A stretch of 64,000 nt of DNA from Candidatus Sulfomarinibacteraceae bacterium (GTDB lineage Bacteria > Acidobacteriota > Thermoanaerobaculia > Thermoanaerobaculales > Sulfomarinibacteraceae): assembly GCA_963796455.1 (NCBI GenBank), contig CAWCLO010000010.1, forward strand, positions 731,369 to 795,368. The letters run 5' to 3'. Numbering within the stretch: the stretch's first letter is position 1; each line of letters opens with the position of its first letter. The translations under genes were made by a program, and so were the position numbers. The notes below the pieces were generated by a model that was given only the letters and a program-made list of their open reading frames with translations, ran no database searches and was not told where the DNA came from. This document shows positions 61,705-64,000 of the stretch, piece by piece.

Positions 61705-62573
61705 GTGATGCGCGATCTCATCAAGAACCCAGTTATTCGGGTGCTGTTCCTCGGCGTGATCGTGGCCGGCGCCATTCTCGTGACCCGAGGGCCGTCCTCA
61801 GGGGACGAAGACCGGCGTGTTGTGATCTCCGGTGGCGACCTGCTGCAGCTGCGAGCCGCTTTCACGCGCACATGGCAGCGCGAGCCGACCGGTGAGGAGC
61901 TCGGGGAGCTCTTGAACAGCATATCCGCCAGGAGGTGCTCTACCGCGAGGCACTGGCCCGCGGTTACGACCGGGACGACCAGGTTGTCCGGCGCGCCATG
62001 CAGCAGAAGATGGAGTTCCTCGCCGCCTCGCAGGCGCTGGAGGAGCCGCCCACCGAGGATGAGATCGAGGCCTTCTTCTCGCTCCGCCAGGAGCGCTACA
62101 GATTGCCGGTGGAGCTGGCGTTCTCTCAGGTCTATATCAGCACCGACGTTCGTGGCGCCCGGACTGAGAATGACGCGGCGGAGGTGCTGGCACGTTTGCG
62201 GGCCGAGGATCCCGAATCGTCGCAGCTCGAGACATGGGGTGATCCGATCATGTTGAGCACGACCTTCTCCGGTCAGACCGAGCAGGAGGTCAGCGCCGCC
62301 TTCGGCGGCGATTTCGCAAACCAGCTGGTCGTTATGCCGGTTGGATCGTGGGAGGGCCCCGTGGTCTCGGGCTACGGCCTTCACCTGGTCAGAATAGACC
62401 GCAGGGTGGAATCACGCGTCCCCAACTGGCAGGAGGTTGGAGGCCGGGTCATCAGCGACATGGAGTTCGAAGCCAAGGCGTCGTCGAGGGACCAGCTCTA
62501 TCAGGAAATTGCCCAGAATTACGAGATCGTCTTCGACGGCCAGGTGCGCGACCTGCTGGAGACCATTGAATGA
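61705..62573 (+). CDS. PpiC-type peptidyl-prolyl isomerase-like protein; apparent frameshift near 61920
   Basis: FTRTWQREPT..EL, LYREALARG.D..D.VVRR, FGGDFA, WEGPVVSGYGLHLV. Confidence 0.85.
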
Positions 62574-64000
62574 GGGGAGTGAAGATCGCGGCCGCGCTGG
62601 TCTGCGGTCGTGTTGCTGGCCGCCTCATCGGCAGGAGCGGACATCGCGTTCCCGGCAAGGCTCGATGTCGCGGAGAACGACGAGGGTGTTTACACGATCA
62701 CCTTCACCTTGCCGATCATCGAGGGGCGCAAGCTGCGGGCCGAACCACTCCTGCCACCCACATGTGTCGAGATTTCATCCAGAGAATCGGGTTTCAGTGC
62801 CGGGGGTCTGACCACGATCTGGAGCGTCCGTTGCGAACCGGCATCGCTGGCGGGTGAAGCGATTCTCGTTCAAGGCCTCCTCGGGGGCCAGACCGATCTC
62901 GCCTTTTCGCTGACCACCCTCGATGGGCGCAGCTACTCACAGATCCTGCGCCCCTCGCGGCCCGGTTTTCTGGTTCCTGAACCGCCGTCGCCGGCCGCTT
63001 TAGCCGGAGCGACGGCCCTCGAGGGCGCCCGCAGAGCGTTGAGGCACGTCAGCCTGTGGTTGCTGTTGGCCGTGGCCGCCCTGAGGGGCGAGAGAAACCG
63101 TGCTCTGGTGTCGGCTGCCGGGGCCTTTGCGCTCGGCCTCTTCGCCGCCCAGTGGCTCGCCGGCCGCGGTTGGATGGAAGTTGTGCCGCAGACGCGGGAC
63201 ATTTTGGTCTGGGTGACCATCGCGGTCCCCGCCATCCGGCTCGCCGGAGGCGGCGAGGGTTGGAAAGACTGGGTGCGCCCACTGTGGCCCACGACGGTCC
63301 TCCTCGGGCTGCTCTTCGGCGCGGCACAGCCCGAAGCTCTTGCAATCGAAGGTCTATCGAATGCCGAACAGTTGGCGTCCCAGTTGGTCTTTGGATTCGG
63401 AGCGGGTATCGCCATGCTCTTGATGTCCGCTGCGGCGGGGGAGTTGCGGGCGGTTTTCGATCTTGCCTGGGAAGGGCGCTTCAAGGAACGGGCAACCAGG
63501 TTCTTCGGAACCGGAGTCGGCGCCCTCTCCACCGGAGTGGTCCTGGCCTCCGTGGTCGGTCTGGCAATGGGGGCGGGTGGCGGTCCGCGCGCACCTCTGG
63601 AGTTGACTTTGCTGGCGCTGGCCCTCGCCCCGAGCTTCGCGCTTGCCGGCATCGGACGAGGCCCGGCGATGGCCGTGTTCGTGGGGCTTGCAGCAGCCGG
63701 CGTGACTCCGGGCCTCTTGGGGATCCACCTGCCGGTGCCCGGTCTGCTTGTCCTGGGCTCGCTCTTCCTGCTGGGCTGTGCGCTGGCTGTCAATCGGACT
63801 CTGCCCGGACGTTGGGCCCGGACGGTGGCCGCTGTCGCAGTGCCTGCTGCAGCCTGGGGCGCTGCCGAGGCGTTGGTAGCCGATGTTTCCCGAGCCACTG
63901 CCGTCACCATGGGTGTGGTGTTGGTTGCCGTCTGTGCGTTCTTCGGCGCTCACGCAATGACGCAAGATCTCCGCCCGGGTGGGCTGAAACTCCCCGCTCG
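62570..64000 (+). CDS. HupE/UreJ-like membrane protein lacking the family His motifs (partial; frameshift near 62605)
   Basis: Frame open to the window end, so absent from the ORF track: DIAFPARLDV...LPPTC...WSVRC...GLLGGQTDL...DGR...LRP then many TM helices; ATGA overlap with the rotamase gene. Confidence 0.7.

Noticed and set aside
62933..63965. Minus-strand ORFs at the window end
   Set aside because: Shadows of the unterminated plus-strand HupE/UreJ-like frame
1..64000. tRNA, rRNA, riboswitch, transposase, integrase or prophage genes
   Set aside because: No recognisable signatures by eye; a covariance-model search would be needed to exclude small ncRNAs

Overview
GC-rich (roughly 62-65% by eye) bacterial chromosomal window from a diderm. 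The gene content (Hanks kinases, carboxypeptidase-regulatory-like proteins, multiheme cytochrome, sulfatases, many outer-membrane barrels) suggests a sediment Acidobacteriota/Thermoanaerobaculia-like genome; this is inference only. About 20 genes carry 1-bp frameshifts, most likely long-read consensus errors. I saw no rRNA, tRNA, CRISPR array, transposase or integrase. Left half: nhaA; a four-helix-bundle gene enclosed by a perfect 27-bp inverted repeat; an anti-anti-sigma factor; a self-contained three-gene operon (sigma70 promoter, secreted two-Cys peptide, hairpin, beta-propeller-like protein, 1031-aa carboxypeptidase-regulatory-like protein, terminator); a vWA-TSP3-OmpA lipoprotein; an iodotyrosine-deiodinase-like flavoprotein; two Ser/Thr kinases; MscS; a cytochrome b-Rieske-multiheme/TPR cluster; and an FAD-desaturase-like plus methyltransferase pair. 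Right half: two parallel loci, each headed by a sigma54 activator and containing an arylsulfatase, an ABM-like protein and beta-barrel proteins. The first has two DUF2092 genes, each followed by a small secreted AGVxRR protein (one elastin-like). The second ends in a PpiC-type rotamase and a histidine-less HupE/UreJ-like protein. Intergenic DNA is rich in 6-9 nt tandem repeats and REP-like palindromes. The best candidates for an undescribed system are the peptide/propeller/carboxypeptidase-regulatory operon (3619-8152) and the DUF2092-AGVxRR pairs within the sigma54 sulfatase loci.
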